Assembly: GCA_022842645.1 (NCBI GenBank)
Contig: JALHPE010000001.1
Span: 329,462 to 393,461, forward strand
Length of the DNA stretch: 64,000 nucleotides
Origin: Minisyncoccota bacterium
GTDB taxonomy: Bacteria; Patescibacteriota; Minisyncoccia; Phycocordibacterales; UBA2100
Reading direction: 5' to 3'
Both the position numbers and the translations under genes were made by a program. Below the pieces are notes generated by a model. The model was not told the origin of the DNA. It saw only the letters and a program-made list of their open reading frames with translations, and did no database searches. This document shows positions 18,304 to 26,999 of the stretch, piece after piece; position 1 is the first letter of the stretch, and every line of letters starts with the position of its first letter.

Positions 18304-18418
18304 AGAGTATTCCGGAAAATATGTTTTTCGGGTCGCTGTCTGGCACTGCTGTGCCAGCGCTCACTCTCGCGCCGACGCGCTGCGAGAGACCCTCAAAACA
18401 TATTTTCCGGAATACTCT
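18303..18418. repeat. 116-bp element bounded by perfect 25-bp terminal inverted repeats with internal nested hairpins, abutting the pilB stop codon
   Basis: Left arm GAGAGTATTCCGGAAAATATGTTTT (18303-18327) and right arm AAAACATATTTTCCGGAATACTCTC (18394-18418) are exact reverse complements. The interior contains CTGGCAC…GTGCCAG and TCTCGC…GCGAGA stems. Confidence 0.5.
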
Positions 18419-18421
18419 CGG

Positions 18422-20134
18422 TCACGATATTGTTTCAAGCATTACTTCGTCGTGAAGATCCACTACGCGTCCAAGCTCGTCGAGTGATGTGATACCTTGA
18501 AGCACTTTTACTGCGCCGTCTTGTGCCATGCGACGAATTTGCTGCGGTTTTGCTGCTCTCCAAATCTCGCGCTCGCTTGTTGTTGTGCGGATGACTGTTT
18601 CCACCGCCTTATCCATCAAAATCACTTCGACGATGCCCATCCGACCTTTGTAACCAATCCCACCGCACTTCGCACATCCTTTTGCCATCCACGTGGAGTC
18701 TCGTTTTTCCGGAACGCCCTCGGGGTGTGGAATGTGCGCGAGGAGTGTTTGCATTGTCTTTGCATCCTCGGGAGAGAGTGGTGTTTCTGTGCGGCAGTCG
18801 GGGCAGAGTTTGCGCACAAGGCGCTGTGCCATGGAAACAGTGAGTGCGGCGCCGAGAATGTCGGCGTTCACTCCCATGTCGATGAGGCGGGGAAAGGTGC
18901 CCGCGGCGTCATTGGTGTGCAGCGTGGAGAACACTAGGTGACCGGTCAGTGATGCGTTTACTGCAGTTGAGGCAACTTCACTGTCGCGGATCTCGCCCAC
19001 CATGATGATGTCAGGGTCTTGGCGCAGTGTTGAGCGCAGCCCCGAGGCAAAGGTGTAGTCTTTCGAGACCTGTGTTTGAACGACGCCTGGGAGGTGATAT
19101 TCAATAGGGTCTTCGATGGTAACCACTTTTATTTCCGGATTCGATACTTGTTTGAGAAAGGCATACAACGTCGTTGTTTTTCCGCTTCCGGTGGGACCTG
19201 TATTGAGGATCATGCCGTTGGGCTTCGCAATTTCCTTATTGAAAATCTCCATGAGGTAGGAATCAAAGCCAAGCTTTTCCATGGGGAGTGCAATGGTCGA
19301 GGGGTCGAGAATACGCATCACAATAGTTTCGGCGTAAGCCCCGGGAAGAATGGAGGCGCGAATCTCAATTTCTTTTTCATTCACCTGAATAGAGAAGCGT
19401 CCGTCTTGTGCGGCGTTTTTGATATTGAGTTTGAGTCCTGAGAGAAGCTTGAGGCGCGAAGAGATGAGGTTATAGGTGGGGGCATCAAAGACAAGTACCT
19501 CGAGGAGAACGCCGTCAAGGCGGTAGCGCATGCGAACCCCTGTTTCTTCTGGTTCTAAGTGAACGTCTGAAGCGCCGAGTGCGAGCGCACCTGCCATGAT
19601 GACCTCCAGGACGCGCGAGATACGATGGCTGTCTTTGCTACCCGCGAGATTCTGAATTTCCACTTTTACATCCTCCAGTGTTTTAATCTCGGCGAGCATG
19701 CGTTGAATTGTCTCGTTTGAGAGCGTCAGAATCCCAGCCTCTGTTTCTGTGGCGAATGAGATGTCGTGATAGCGATCCCATGCGTGGTCAAGCGATGCGC
19801 GAGAGACGATAAAGCGACGCACTTCAAAACCGAGGCGTTCGACGTTTGCGATGGCGCGCATGGTGTCGTCGCGTTCCGGCGCGCGCGCTGCGATCCAAAT
19901 CTTCTTGTTGAGCTTATGGAACGCCGCCACCTCTGCTTCACGCGCTTCTTTTTCAGGGATCAGACGCAAAGCATCGGTATCAATCGACTTCTTAGTGAGA
20001 TCGACATATTCAACGCCGTATTTCCCGGCGAGCATTTCTGCAAGCTGCTCTTCTTCGCGGCGGCGTAATTCTTCCAAGCGCTCTTCTTGTTTATGCTCAT
20101 TGAATTGGGCGGACATACGTATATAGTAGCGCAC
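18422..20134 (-). CDS. pilB: type II/IV secretion system ATPase (PilB/GspE family; type IV pilus assembly ATPase)
   Basis: Walker A GPTGSGKTTTLYA, Asp box, His box, and the tetracysteine motif CPDC…CAKCGG typical of PilB/GspE. An alternative start is MSAQFNEHK at 20116. Confidence 0.85.
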   Translation of the reverse strand: MRYYIRMSAQFNEHKQEERLEELRRREEEQLAEMLAGKYGVEYVDLTKKSIDTDALRLIPEKEAREAEVAAFHKLNKKIWIAARAPERDDTMRAIANVERLGFEVRRFIVSRASLDHAWDRYHDISFATETEAGILTLSNETIQRMLAEIKTLEDVKVEIQNLAGSKDSHRISRVLEVIMAGALALGASDVHLEPEETGVRMRYRLDGVLLEVLVFDAPTYNLISSRLKLLSGLKLNIKNAAQDGRFSIQVNEKEIEIRASILPGAYAETIVMRILDPSTIALPMEKLGFDSYLMEIFNKEIAKPNGMILNTGPTGSGKTTTLYAFLKQVSNPEIKVVTIEDPIEYHLPGVVQTQVSKDYTFASGLRSTLRQDPDIIMVGEIRDSEVASTAVNASLTGHLVFSTLHTNDAAGTFPRLIDMGVNADILGAALTVSMAQRLVRKLCPDCRTETPLSPEDAKTMQTLLAHIPHPEGVPEKRDSTWMAKGCAKCGGIGYKGRMGIVEVILMDKAVETVIRTTTSEREIWRAAKPQQIRRMAQDGAVKVLQGITSLDELGRVVDLHDEVMLETIS

Positions 20135-20141
20135 GTACGGT

Positions 20142-20603
20142 ATGCATATTCAAACGAAAGAGGACATGCAGAAAGAGGCGGCACTTTTGGTGTTGAGGAT
20201 CGCTCCGGGCAAGGGGGCGACAGTGCTCGCGCTCTCGGGTGAGTTAGGTGCAGGGAAAACCACTTTTGTGCAGGGCATCGCGAAATCCCTCGGTATAGAG
20301 GAGTCTGTCACCAGCCCCACGTTCGTTATTATGAAGATCTACGACCTTCTGGATCAGAAATTTAAACGACTCGTGCACATGGACGCATATCGTCTTAAAG
20401 GGAAGGAGCACCTCCGTGTTTTGGGGTGGGATGCGCTTATCTCGGATCCTGGGAATCTCATTTGCATTGAGTGGCCAGAAAAAATACAAGACGCCATACC
20501 GTCGGATGCTATTCGCGTCACACTTCGGTATAGTGGTGAGGGAAGGGACATAACCTATGGCACAGACGAAAACAAAAAAACACGCACGACTTCTTCTGCT
20601 TGA
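20142..20603 (+). CDS. tsaE: tRNA threonylcarbamoyladenosine biosynthesis protein TsaE
   Basis: P-loop [23 protein letters not shown] and [10 protein letters not shown] motif of the YjeE/TsaE family. Confidence 0.8.
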   Translation: MHIQTKEDMQKEAALLVLRIAPGKGATVLALSGELGAGKTTFVQGIAKSLGIEESVTSPTFVIMKIYDLLDQKFKRLVHMDAYRLKGKEHLRVLGWDALISDPGNLICIEWPEKIQDAIPSDAIRVTLRYSGEGRDITYGTDENKKTRTTSSA

Positions 20604-22941
20604 TTCGCACGCAATCTTACACCGTGCGTTCCACGCAATTCCCGATTTTTCGACTGCGAAGGGCGAGCCGACAGGGGCTCTCTATGGGCTCATCACGATG
20701 CTTCTGAAATCCATCTATGATTTTAGTCCTGACTACATTGTTGCGGCGCGGGATCTGCCGGGGGGCACCTTTCGCGACAAGCTCTTCGAAGGCTATAAAG
20801 GCACGCGCGTAGAAATAGACGACGCACTTCTTTCTCAGCTCAAAAAAGCACCCGAGGTACTCGAGGCGTTTGGTATACCCGTCTACTCCGCCGAAGGGTT
20901 TGAGGCCGATGATGTGATTGGCACGATTGTAGAGAAGCTTAAGAAAAAAGATATTGAAATAATTATCGCGACAGGAGACGCCGATATGTTTCAGCTTGTG
21001 GATGGCAAAAAAGTGCAGGTTTTTCACTTACGACAAGGCATTAACGATCTTGTGCTTTATGACGACGAGCGTGTCCGGGAACGCTACGGTTTTGGTGCCG
21101 AACATGTGATTGATTACAAGGGTATTCGCGGAGATGCCTCTGACAACATTCCTGGAGTCCCCGGAGTGGGTGAGGGAAGTGCAACAAAACTTATTGGCAC
21201 CTTTGGTTCGCTTGAAGATCTGTATGCGGCGATTCAGAAAGAGGGTGTTGAGGATGTTGCAAAAGAAGCAGGGGTGCAGAAGAGGTATGTGCAGTTAGTG
21301 GCAGATAATAAAGAAAAAGCACTCTTTTCACGCATGCTTGCAACGATTAGTCGTGAGACGCCGATTGATTTTGAGCTCCCCAAGGAGGAATGGAAGGTGA
21401 GTGATCACATTACGTCGATTGACGCCGTGTGCGATGCGTACGAATTTCGTTCGATAAAAGAACGGCTCCATGCAAAGCTTAAAAAATTTGAGGACACCGA
21501 TGCGGTGCCCGAAGAGTTACGCGAAGACGTTGAGGCAGAGGATGTCCATGAAGTGGCTATCATGCTTTGGCTTTTGAATTCCGAGATGGGGAGCGCAGCG
21601 CTCCAAGAGATTCTTGATTATGCGGGAACCAAGAAATTTTCCGAGGCGAGAGCGCACATCGAGAAAAAGATGCGCGAGACGGGGCGTCTTGGGGATGTGT
21701 TCGAAACAATAGAGAAACCCCTCATTCCAGTAATAAAAGAAATGAATGCGCGAGGAGTCTATCTCGATAAGAAAGAACTTCAAAGGCTCGAGACAGAATA
21801 CCGAAAAACACTCGGTGAAATTGCGGGAAGGATTTTTCAGCACGCAGGGCATGAGTTCAATATCAATTCCCCGAGACAGCTTGCGGGAGTTATTTACGAT
21901 GAATTGAAGCTTGTTCCCGAAAAGCAGAAAAAGACCGCAACGGGACAGAGAACAACAAAAGAAGACGAGCTTGCTAAGATTTCCGACCAGCATCCGATTA
22001 TTGAAGAAATTCTCCAATTTAGGGAGCTGCAAAAACTGCTTTCCACCTATCTTGAGAAGATGCTTGAACTCATTTCTCCTGACGGGCGTCTGCGCGCAGA
22101 ATTTTTGCAGAACAGCACGGTGACGGGGCGCATGGGGTGTAAAGATCCGAACTTGCAAAACATTCCTATTCGCACCGAATATGGTCGCCGCATACGGAGT
22201 GCTTTTGTGGCGCCTAAGGGCAAGTGTCTTATCTCTCTCGACTATTCCCAGATTGAACTACGTATTGCCGCAGGGCTCTCTGCGGATACAAAATTGATTG
22301 CTGTATTTCAAGAGGGGGCCGATATTCATACTGCGGTTGCGGCTAATGTGTTTAATGTCTCGCCAGAGAAGGTGGATAAAGAAATGCGTCGTCGCGCAAA
22401 AGTGATTAACTTCGGCATTCTCTACGGCATGGGTGCGAATGCGCTTCGGCAGAATCTTGGGGGAAACGTGACGCGCGAGGAAGCGGCGCAGTATCTCGAA
22501 GCGTATTTTGCGCAATATCCCGATCTCTCGCGCTGGGTCGAGGAGACGAAGAGTGATGCAAAGCGAGACGGTTTCGTTGAGACATTTTTTGGTCGTCGTC
22601 GCTATCTTCCGGGCTTTAAATCCACACTCCCCATGCTGCGCGCGCAGGCCGAGCGCTTTGCGGTGAATGCGCCAATTCAAGGAACGCAAGCTGACATCAT
22701 CAAACTTGCGATGGTACATGCTGATGCACTGATCGAAAAGAAAAAGTGGCGCGATCAGGTAGGACTCGTTCTCCAGGTGCACGATGAATTAGTGTACGAA
22801 GTAGAAGGGGTGATTGCCGAGGAGGTGGGGGAGTCTATCAAAGAAGTAATGGAGTCAACCTTGCCTAGGGGAGCCCTGGGGGGCGTGCCGATAGTTGCTG
22901 AGGTGGCGATGGGGGAAGACTGGGGGAATCTCAAAAAATAA
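20557..22941 (+). CDS. polA: DNA polymerase I (5'-3' exonuclease + polymerase domains; no obvious 3'-5' proofreading motifs)
   Basis: N-terminal FEN-like [16 protein letters not shown]. Polymerase motif A (LISLDYSQIELRI), motif B (RRRAKVINFGILYGMGANAL) and motif C (QVHDELVYEV). Overlaps tsaE by 47 nt. Confidence 0.9.
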   Translation: MAQTKTKKHARLLLLDSHAILHRAFHAIPDFSTAKGEPTGALYGLITMLLKSIYDFSPDYIVAARDLPGGTFRDKLFEGYKGTRVEIDDALLSQLKKAPEVLEAFGIPVYSAEGFEADDVIGTIVEKLKKKDIEIIIATGDADMFQLVDGKKVQVFHLRQGINDLVLYDDERVRERYGFGAEHVIDYKGIRGDASDNIPGVPGVGEGSATKLIGTFGSLEDLYAAIQKEGVEDVAKEAGVQKRYVQLVADNKEKALFSRMLATISRETPIDFELPKEEWKVSDHITSIDAVCDAYEFRSIKERLHAKLKKFEDTDAVPEELREDVEAEDVHEVAIMLWLLNSEMGSAALQEILDYAGTKKFSEARAHIEKKMRETGRLGDVFETIEKPLIPVIKEMNARGVYLDKKELQRLETEYRKTLGEIAGRIFQHAGHEFNINSPRQLAGVIYDELKLVPEKQKKTATGQRTTKEDELAKISDQHPIIEEILQFRELQKLLSTYLEKMLELISPDGRLRAEFLQNSTVTGRMGCKDPNLQNIPIRTEYGRRIRSAFVAPKGKCLISLDYSQIELRIAAGLSADTKLIAVFQEGADIHTAVAANVFNVSPEKVDKEMRRRAKVINFGILYGMGANALRQNLGGNVTREEAAQYLEAYFAQYPDLSRWVEETKSDAKRDGFVETFFGRRRYLPGFKSTLPMLRAQAERFAVNAPIQGTQADIIKLAMVHADALIEKKKWRDQVGLVLQVHDELVYEVEGVIAEEVGESIKEVMESTLPRGALGGVPIVAEVAMGEDWGNLKK

Positions 22942-22942
22942 T

Positions 22943-23575
22943 ATGTTGTTTGTTTTCACTGGCACCGACAGAGACAAGGCGCGCGCGGCGCTTGAGAAAT
23001 ATATTGAAAAAGAGGGAAAGGGTGTGCGGGTAGTGAGGATTACCGATGTGCATACACTCGAGGATTTGAGAGCGGCACTTCAGGGCGGCGGAATGTTTGC
23101 TGAAAAGCGAGTCCTTGTTTTTGAAGGAGTATGCGAGAACGAAGAGATGGAGCCGATTTTTCTTGAGGCACTTGCGCGCGTTGCGGAAAGTGATGAGAAG
23201 GTATTTATCTACGAAGCAAAACCGCTTGCTGATTTGAAGAAGCGGTTACAAAAATATGCGGAACGTTTTGAAACATTCGACCTTCCGAAGCGCGGGCGCG
23301 AGAATGATATCTTTGCGCTTGCGAACGCACTTCGTGCACGAAACAAAAAACAACTTTGGGTGGGCTACATGCGCGAGGTTGGGAAAGGTTCTGCGCCTGA
23401 GGCGACGCACGGATTTCTTTTTTGGGCGGCAAAAGATATGTATTTGAAATCGGGCGGGAAAGATGCGTACGCAAAGAAACTGATTGGGGAGCTTACTGAA
23501 TTGCCGCATCTGGCGCGCAGGCGAGGAGAGGAGCTCGATTATGCACTTGAGCGGTTTGTGCTATCGCTGAAATGA
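22943..23575 (+). CDS. holA: short DNA polymerase III delta-subunit-like protein
   Basis: Starts 1 nt after the polA stop. Carries an N-terminal LFVF-G-D pattern, spaced conserved hydrophobic residues and an FxxxKxL helix resembling HolA, but at 210 aa it is much shorter than canonical delta. Weak call. Confidence 0.35.
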   Translation: MLFVFTGTDRDKARAALEKYIEKEGKGVRVVRITDVHTLEDLRAALQGGGMFAEKRVLVFEGVCENEEMEPIFLEALARVAESDEKVFIYEAKPLADLKKRLQKYAERFETFDLPKRGRENDIFALANALRARNKKQLWVGYMREVGKGSAPEATHGFLFWAAKDMYLKSGGKDAYAKKLIGELTELPHLARRRGEELDYALERFVLSLK

Positions 23576-23591
23576 TTGCATCATTAACAGT

Positions 23592-24830
23592 ATGCAAAGA
23601 ATTGTGCGGCCATACATTCTCACCGTCTTAATATTGTTTAGTTTTGTAATGCCCCACCACGCCACTGCCCTTGGAGGGGAGGCTAATGCAATGTGTAACC
23701 CATGGTTTGCCCAATGTCCGTGTAATCAAGTGCCATGTAAGAAAGGTTGTTGCGGTGGAAAAAATACAAATATGTGTCCACCAGGTGTATGTAAAGACAC
23801 TACAAATGGTCTGACCACTATCGGGATTTGTATAGCCGCAAACAAATGCGAGGGAGTTTCCGGGCAAGGTGCTGGCGGTGAGGGTTCACAAATGATCAAT
23901 CAACTCCTTGGCCAGGCAATGCAGCAAATTATGCAAGGACTTCAAGGGGGTGGAGGAGGCGGGGGTGGCTCCGGTGCGGCGCCGGGATCGGGTCTCGCTG
24001 GATGTACCGACTACTACCAAGTGTCCACCCCATCGACTGATCCGTGTGCAATCTATTCTCCCTCGGCTGTCTTAGACGCTGGTGGCGGTTCTTCGGGGAT
24101 CGCAAATGATCTTCTCGGTGCACTCGGGTCTCCTGCCCCATCTAATGTCAGTGGAGGACTTTTGGATACGATAAAAAATGTAACGGGCACTGATTCAAAT
24201 ACACAAACAAACACACCAACACCAACCGCGGGTAATCAGGGTCTCTCGGGCGATTTGCGTGTGGGGAATGCGGGAGCGACTATTTTTGCAAATCTTCGTG
24301 AAGGACTCAGTGAGGTGGCTGGATTCTTTGGCGGCTCGACCGGCGGCGCTTCGCAGGCGCTTTCCGCGGCGGGGCGTCTGTGTTCCGCGCGTCCGTGGCA
24401 AGGAGGAGTTGTGAGCAATGTGATTTCTCCCACCTTCTTTGATGGTATTTGTAAATTAAGCGGCTACCAAGTGGGTGCTATTGCGCCAACGCAGTCGGGG
24501 CGAACAGGTGGTACTGGACAACCAAACTCTCCAGGCATGGGGGCAGCTGCGCCTCGACCAATTATGCCTGGAGCCGTCAGCGATGTACCACCAGAAGCAG
24601 ATATTTGGGCTGAACCTTCTTCAGTGCGTCTTGGTACGCGCACCTATGTTTTCTGGCGCGCGCAGGGCGTTGTGTCGTGCGCTGCGACAGGACCTAACTT
24701 CTCGCAGAACTCACTTTCTGGAGGTGCTTCGACCGTACCCATTTCAGGACCAACAACCTTTTCCATCGAATGTCTCACTGGTGCAAGTACAACAATTAGT
24801 GACAGTGTGACCGTGCAGATTGCGATTTAA
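23592..24830 (+). CDS. secreted Cys-rich / poly-Gly / Thr-Ser-rich protein (paralogue of 33976..34869)
   Basis: Signal peptide MQRIVRPYILTVLILFSFVMPHHATALG, a Cys-rich N-terminal module (CNPWFAQCPCNQVPCKKGCCGGKNTNMCPPGVCKD), a GGGGGGGSG run, and a low-complexity G/S/T body. Confidence 0.5.
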   Translation: MQRIVRPYILTVLILFSFVMPHHATALGGEANAMCNPWFAQCPCNQVPCKKGCCGGKNTNMCPPGVCKDTTNGLTTIGICIAANKCEGVSGQGAGGEGSQMINQLLGQAMQQIMQGLQGGGGGGGGSGAAPGSGLAGCTDYYQVSTPSTDPCAIYSPSAVLDAGGGSSGIANDLLGALGSPAPSNVSGGLLDTIKNVTGTDSNTQTNTPTPTAGNQGLSGDLRVGNAGATIFANLREGLSEVAGFFGGSTGGASQALSAAGRLCSARPWQGGVVSNVISPTFFDGICKLSGYQVGAIAPTQSGRTGGTGQPNSPGMGAAAPRPIMPGAVSDVPPEADIWAEPSSVRLGTRTYVFWRAQGVVSCAATGPNFSQNSLSGGASTVPISGPTTFSIECLTGASTTISDSVTVQIAI

Positions 24831-24865
24831 TGCCTTCAAGCGAGGGGCTTTGAGCCTACTAAAGA

Positions 24866-24894
24866 TTCACGTTTACGCGAGGGCGTGGTATAAG
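24866..24894 (+). promoter_or_regulatory. sigma70-like promoter (TTCACG-17-TATAAG) for tRNA-Lys
   Basis: The hexamers, with 17-nt spacing, end about 10 nt before the tRNA 5' end. Confidence 0.35.
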
Positions 24895-24903
24895 TTTTGT
24901 AAT

Positions 24904-24976
24904 CCGCCTATAGCTCAGATGGTAGAGCAGCTCCCTTTTAAGGAGACGGTCCCAGGTTCGATCCCTGGTGGGCGGA
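24904..24976 (+). tRNA. tRNA-Lys (anticodon TTT)
   Basis: Hand-folded cloverleaf: acceptor CCGCCTA/TGGGCGG (one G-U), D-arm GCTC-AGATGGTA-GAGC, anticodon loop CTTTTAA, T-arm CCAGG-TTCGATC-CCTGG, discriminator A. No encoded CCA. Confidence 0.85.
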
Positions 24977-25123
24977 AATGAAAGAAAAATAGGGTCTGCA
25001 CGCTATTTTTCGTTACATTTCCGAGACGGAGGCATGTTTCGCGAGTACGCGAAACAGCCGAGTCGGGGTCGAAGAATTCTTGTCGCGACGGCGACAAGAA
25101 TATCTGTGACGACTGAAGACTGT
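24977..25123 (+). other. conserved tRNA 3'-trailer element (family member 1 of 4)
   Basis: Contains GACGGAGGC, GCCGAGTCGGGGTCG and AATATCTGTGAC motifs shared with the trailers at 29241-29405, 37908-38075 and 39382-39500, plus internal hairpins (TTTCGCG-AGTA-CGCGAAA; TTCTTGTCGC-GACG-GCGACAAGAA). Confidence 0.5.
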
Positions 25124-25462
25124 TTACAGCGGCAAATCAAACGCAAACGGCCCAGGGCCTGTGATGAGGAGTGTGATACTCATTACGAGTGTGAGCCAAA
25201 GGGTACTTTTCGGGGTTGAGCTGCCACGAGCAAGAGATTCGATAAGAGTGAGGATGGCAATGAGTGCCATAGGTTGCGTGAGTGCGCCCACAAAAAGGAA
25301 TAGTGCTGCGAGTCCAGTTACGACGCCGGAGGCGCGCGTCCAGATGTCTTCTTTGCGAAGATTCTCAAGCGCGATCTTGCCGAGTATGACCGCAACTGCA
25401 ATGCGAATGAGAAGGCCCGCGAATGGTGCGAGGTAGAGCAGTTCGGGGAAGTACGAAAGCAT
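25124..25462 (-). CDS. DoxX-like small integral membrane protein
   Basis: Three or four TM helices (LAPFAGLLIRIAVAVILG, GVVTGLAALFLFVGAL, IAILTLIESLA, LTLVMSITLLITG). The start is chosen at MLSYFPELL (25462) to avoid overlap with the convergent trmH-like gene. Confidence 0.45.
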   Translation of the reverse strand: MLSYFPELLYLAPFAGLLIRIAVAVILGKIALENLRKEDIWTRASGVVTGLAALFLFVGALTQPMALIAILTLIESLARGSSTPKSTLWLTLVMSITLLITGPGPFAFDLPL

Positions 25463-25514
25463 GGGGGCAGTGTACCGCCTTGTCTTCGGCGCGACAAGAA
25501 TATAGGGTGCTTCT

Positions 25515-25988
25515 ATGGAGCGATACATTATCTTGCACAACCTTCGTAGTGCCCACAATGTGGGCGCAATTTTCCGCACCGCGGACGCCTCCGCTATTTC
25601 CCATATGTATCTCACCGGCTATACGCCGGCACCGCTTGATAGGTTTAAGCGTCCGCAGGGTGAGATTGCAAAGACGGCGCTTGGCGCAGAAAAAGCAATT
25701 TCTTGGACGAGTGCACGCTCTCTTTCTCGTGTTATGAGAAGTCTTCGTGCAAACGGTGTGCGTATTGTTGGTGTCGAGCAAGATGCACGGGCGCGTGACT
25801 ATCGTCTTTTTAAACCCGAAGGAGCGACAGCATTTCTTTTTGGGAACGAAGTGACGGGACTCGCCCCCTCAATCCGCACATCGTGCGACGATCTTGTGGA
25901 AATTCCCATGCTCGGCATGAAAGAGTCGCTCAATGTTGCAACAACCGCGGGAATTATTTTGTTCTCAACGCTTCCGTTTAATACGTAA
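25515..25988 (+). CDS. SpoU/TrmH-family RNA 2'-O-methyltransferase
   Basis: SPOUT motifs NVGAIFRTADA, GNEVTGL and IPMLGMKESLNVATTAGIILF. Confidence 0.8.
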   Translation: MERYIILHNLRSAHNVGAIFRTADASAISHMYLTGYTPAPLDRFKRPQGEIAKTALGAEKAISWTSARSLSRVMRSLRANGVRIVGVEQDARARDYRLFKPEGATAFLFGNEVTGLAPSIRTSCDDLVEIPMLGMKESLNVATTAGIILFSTLPFNT

Positions 25989-26982
25989 ATACATCAACAG
26001 TGCGACCTTGCGCATCTAAGAGACGGATTACATCGTGCGAGGCTCTCCATATCTCGCCGGGTGCTCCAAGATACAAGCGCCAGACATTGTCGTGAAAATC
26101 GGCACGATAACTTTGTGTGCGCACGCAGCCGTTATACGAAAGTGTGTCGGCTAACTGTGTGCGGCATGTCGCAGTGAGTGTCTGGGGAAGTTCTTGTGGA
26201 AACTGACATGATTGGATTCCTTGGAGTGCGTCAAAGCACTCGGCGCCATAGCGCATAAGATTTTGTTCGGAAAGTGGCATGAGCGAAGAGGGGGAGGGGC
26301 AACGTTCAGCGAGTGGTGGAGTAAATGATTGGAATTGTTGGAGGTATCCGGTGCAGGTGTTTTCTCGGAAGGAGACACCGACGGGTGAAGAACCGCTTGT
26401 GAGAATTGCGACGCCACCGGGCGCGAGTGCCACTGCGCCTAGTGTATTAGGTATTCCTTGCGAGAATGGTGCAGCTGCTCCCGGAATCACAACACGCACT
26501 CCCGTGAGCGCGCTTTCAAGCGACCATCCCTGGATGTTGATGGGGGAGTTATTTCGATATTCGGCTTGCAGTTGCACATACTCAGTGTTTGCATCGGTCG
26601 CGTGAATACCTCCTTCGTCTCGGGCAATAAAGACCGCGCCGACGTAGGTGGAGGGCGTGCCGAAATTGCGCATCTCCGCCGCTTCTCGGTTGAGGCGCTC
26701 GTATTCTTCCGTCAAAGCGAGGAGTTCTGCTTGTGCATTTCCAGGGTCATTTGCATAGGGGTCAGAAATCTGTAAAGCCTTAGTTATGTCGATGGGGACA
26801 AAGAGCTGAGTTGGCTGCCACGGGAGGCGAAAGCCAACGCCTTCGTCTGGAGTGATGGGTTCGAGAAAGTCTATAGACGTAATATCATTAAATACGCTTC
26901 GTGGTCCGCCGCCGATCACCCAGAGCGTTAGTGCGGCGAGCACAATAAAAATCAAAAGCCAAATCACCACCTGTCGGAGCAT
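25978..26982 (-). CDS. membrane-anchored protein with a lamin-tail-domain (LTD)-like region
   Basis: N-terminal TM anchor VIWLLIFIVLAALTLWVI. The EYVQLQAEYRNNSPINIQGWSLESALTGVRVVIPG … DVIRLLDAQGRTVDVFTY segment matches the LTD pattern (E-x-V-E-L-x-N…L-x-G-W-x-L…V-D-x-x-x-Y). Confidence 0.4.
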   Translation of the reverse strand: MLRQVVIWLLIFIVLAALTLWVIGGGPRSVFNDITSIDFLEPITPDEGVGFRLPWQPTQLFVPIDITKALQISDPYANDPGNAQAELLALTEEYERLNREAAEMRNFGTPSTYVGAVFIARDEGGIHATDANTEYVQLQAEYRNNSPINIQGWSLESALTGVRVVIPGAAAPFSQGIPNTLGAVALAPGGVAILTSGSSPVGVSFRENTCTGYLQQFQSFTPPLAERCPSPSSLMPLSEQNLMRYGAECFDALQGIQSCQFPQELPQTLTATCRTQLADTLSYNGCVRTQSYRADFHDNVWRLYLGAPGEIWRASHDVIRLLDAQGRTVDVFTY

Positions 26983-26999
26983 GCCACTAGTATATCCTT

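Noticed and set aside
21517-22158. 213-aa minus-strand ORF inside polA, and similar antisense ORFs (1769-2233, 9763-10107, 12905-13216, 47578-48213, 51324-51896 and others)
   Set aside because: Each is fully embedded antisense in a strongly supported, motif-rich gene. Their translations are low-complexity or Arg/Ser-rich with no motifs. They are treated as chance ORFs.
24968-25219. 83-aa plus-strand ORF overlapping the tRNA-Lys trailer
   Set aside because: It starts inside the tRNA 3' end, has no RBS-like context, and is Arg-rich typical of a frame artefact. The conserved trailer motifs explain the conservation better than a peptide does.
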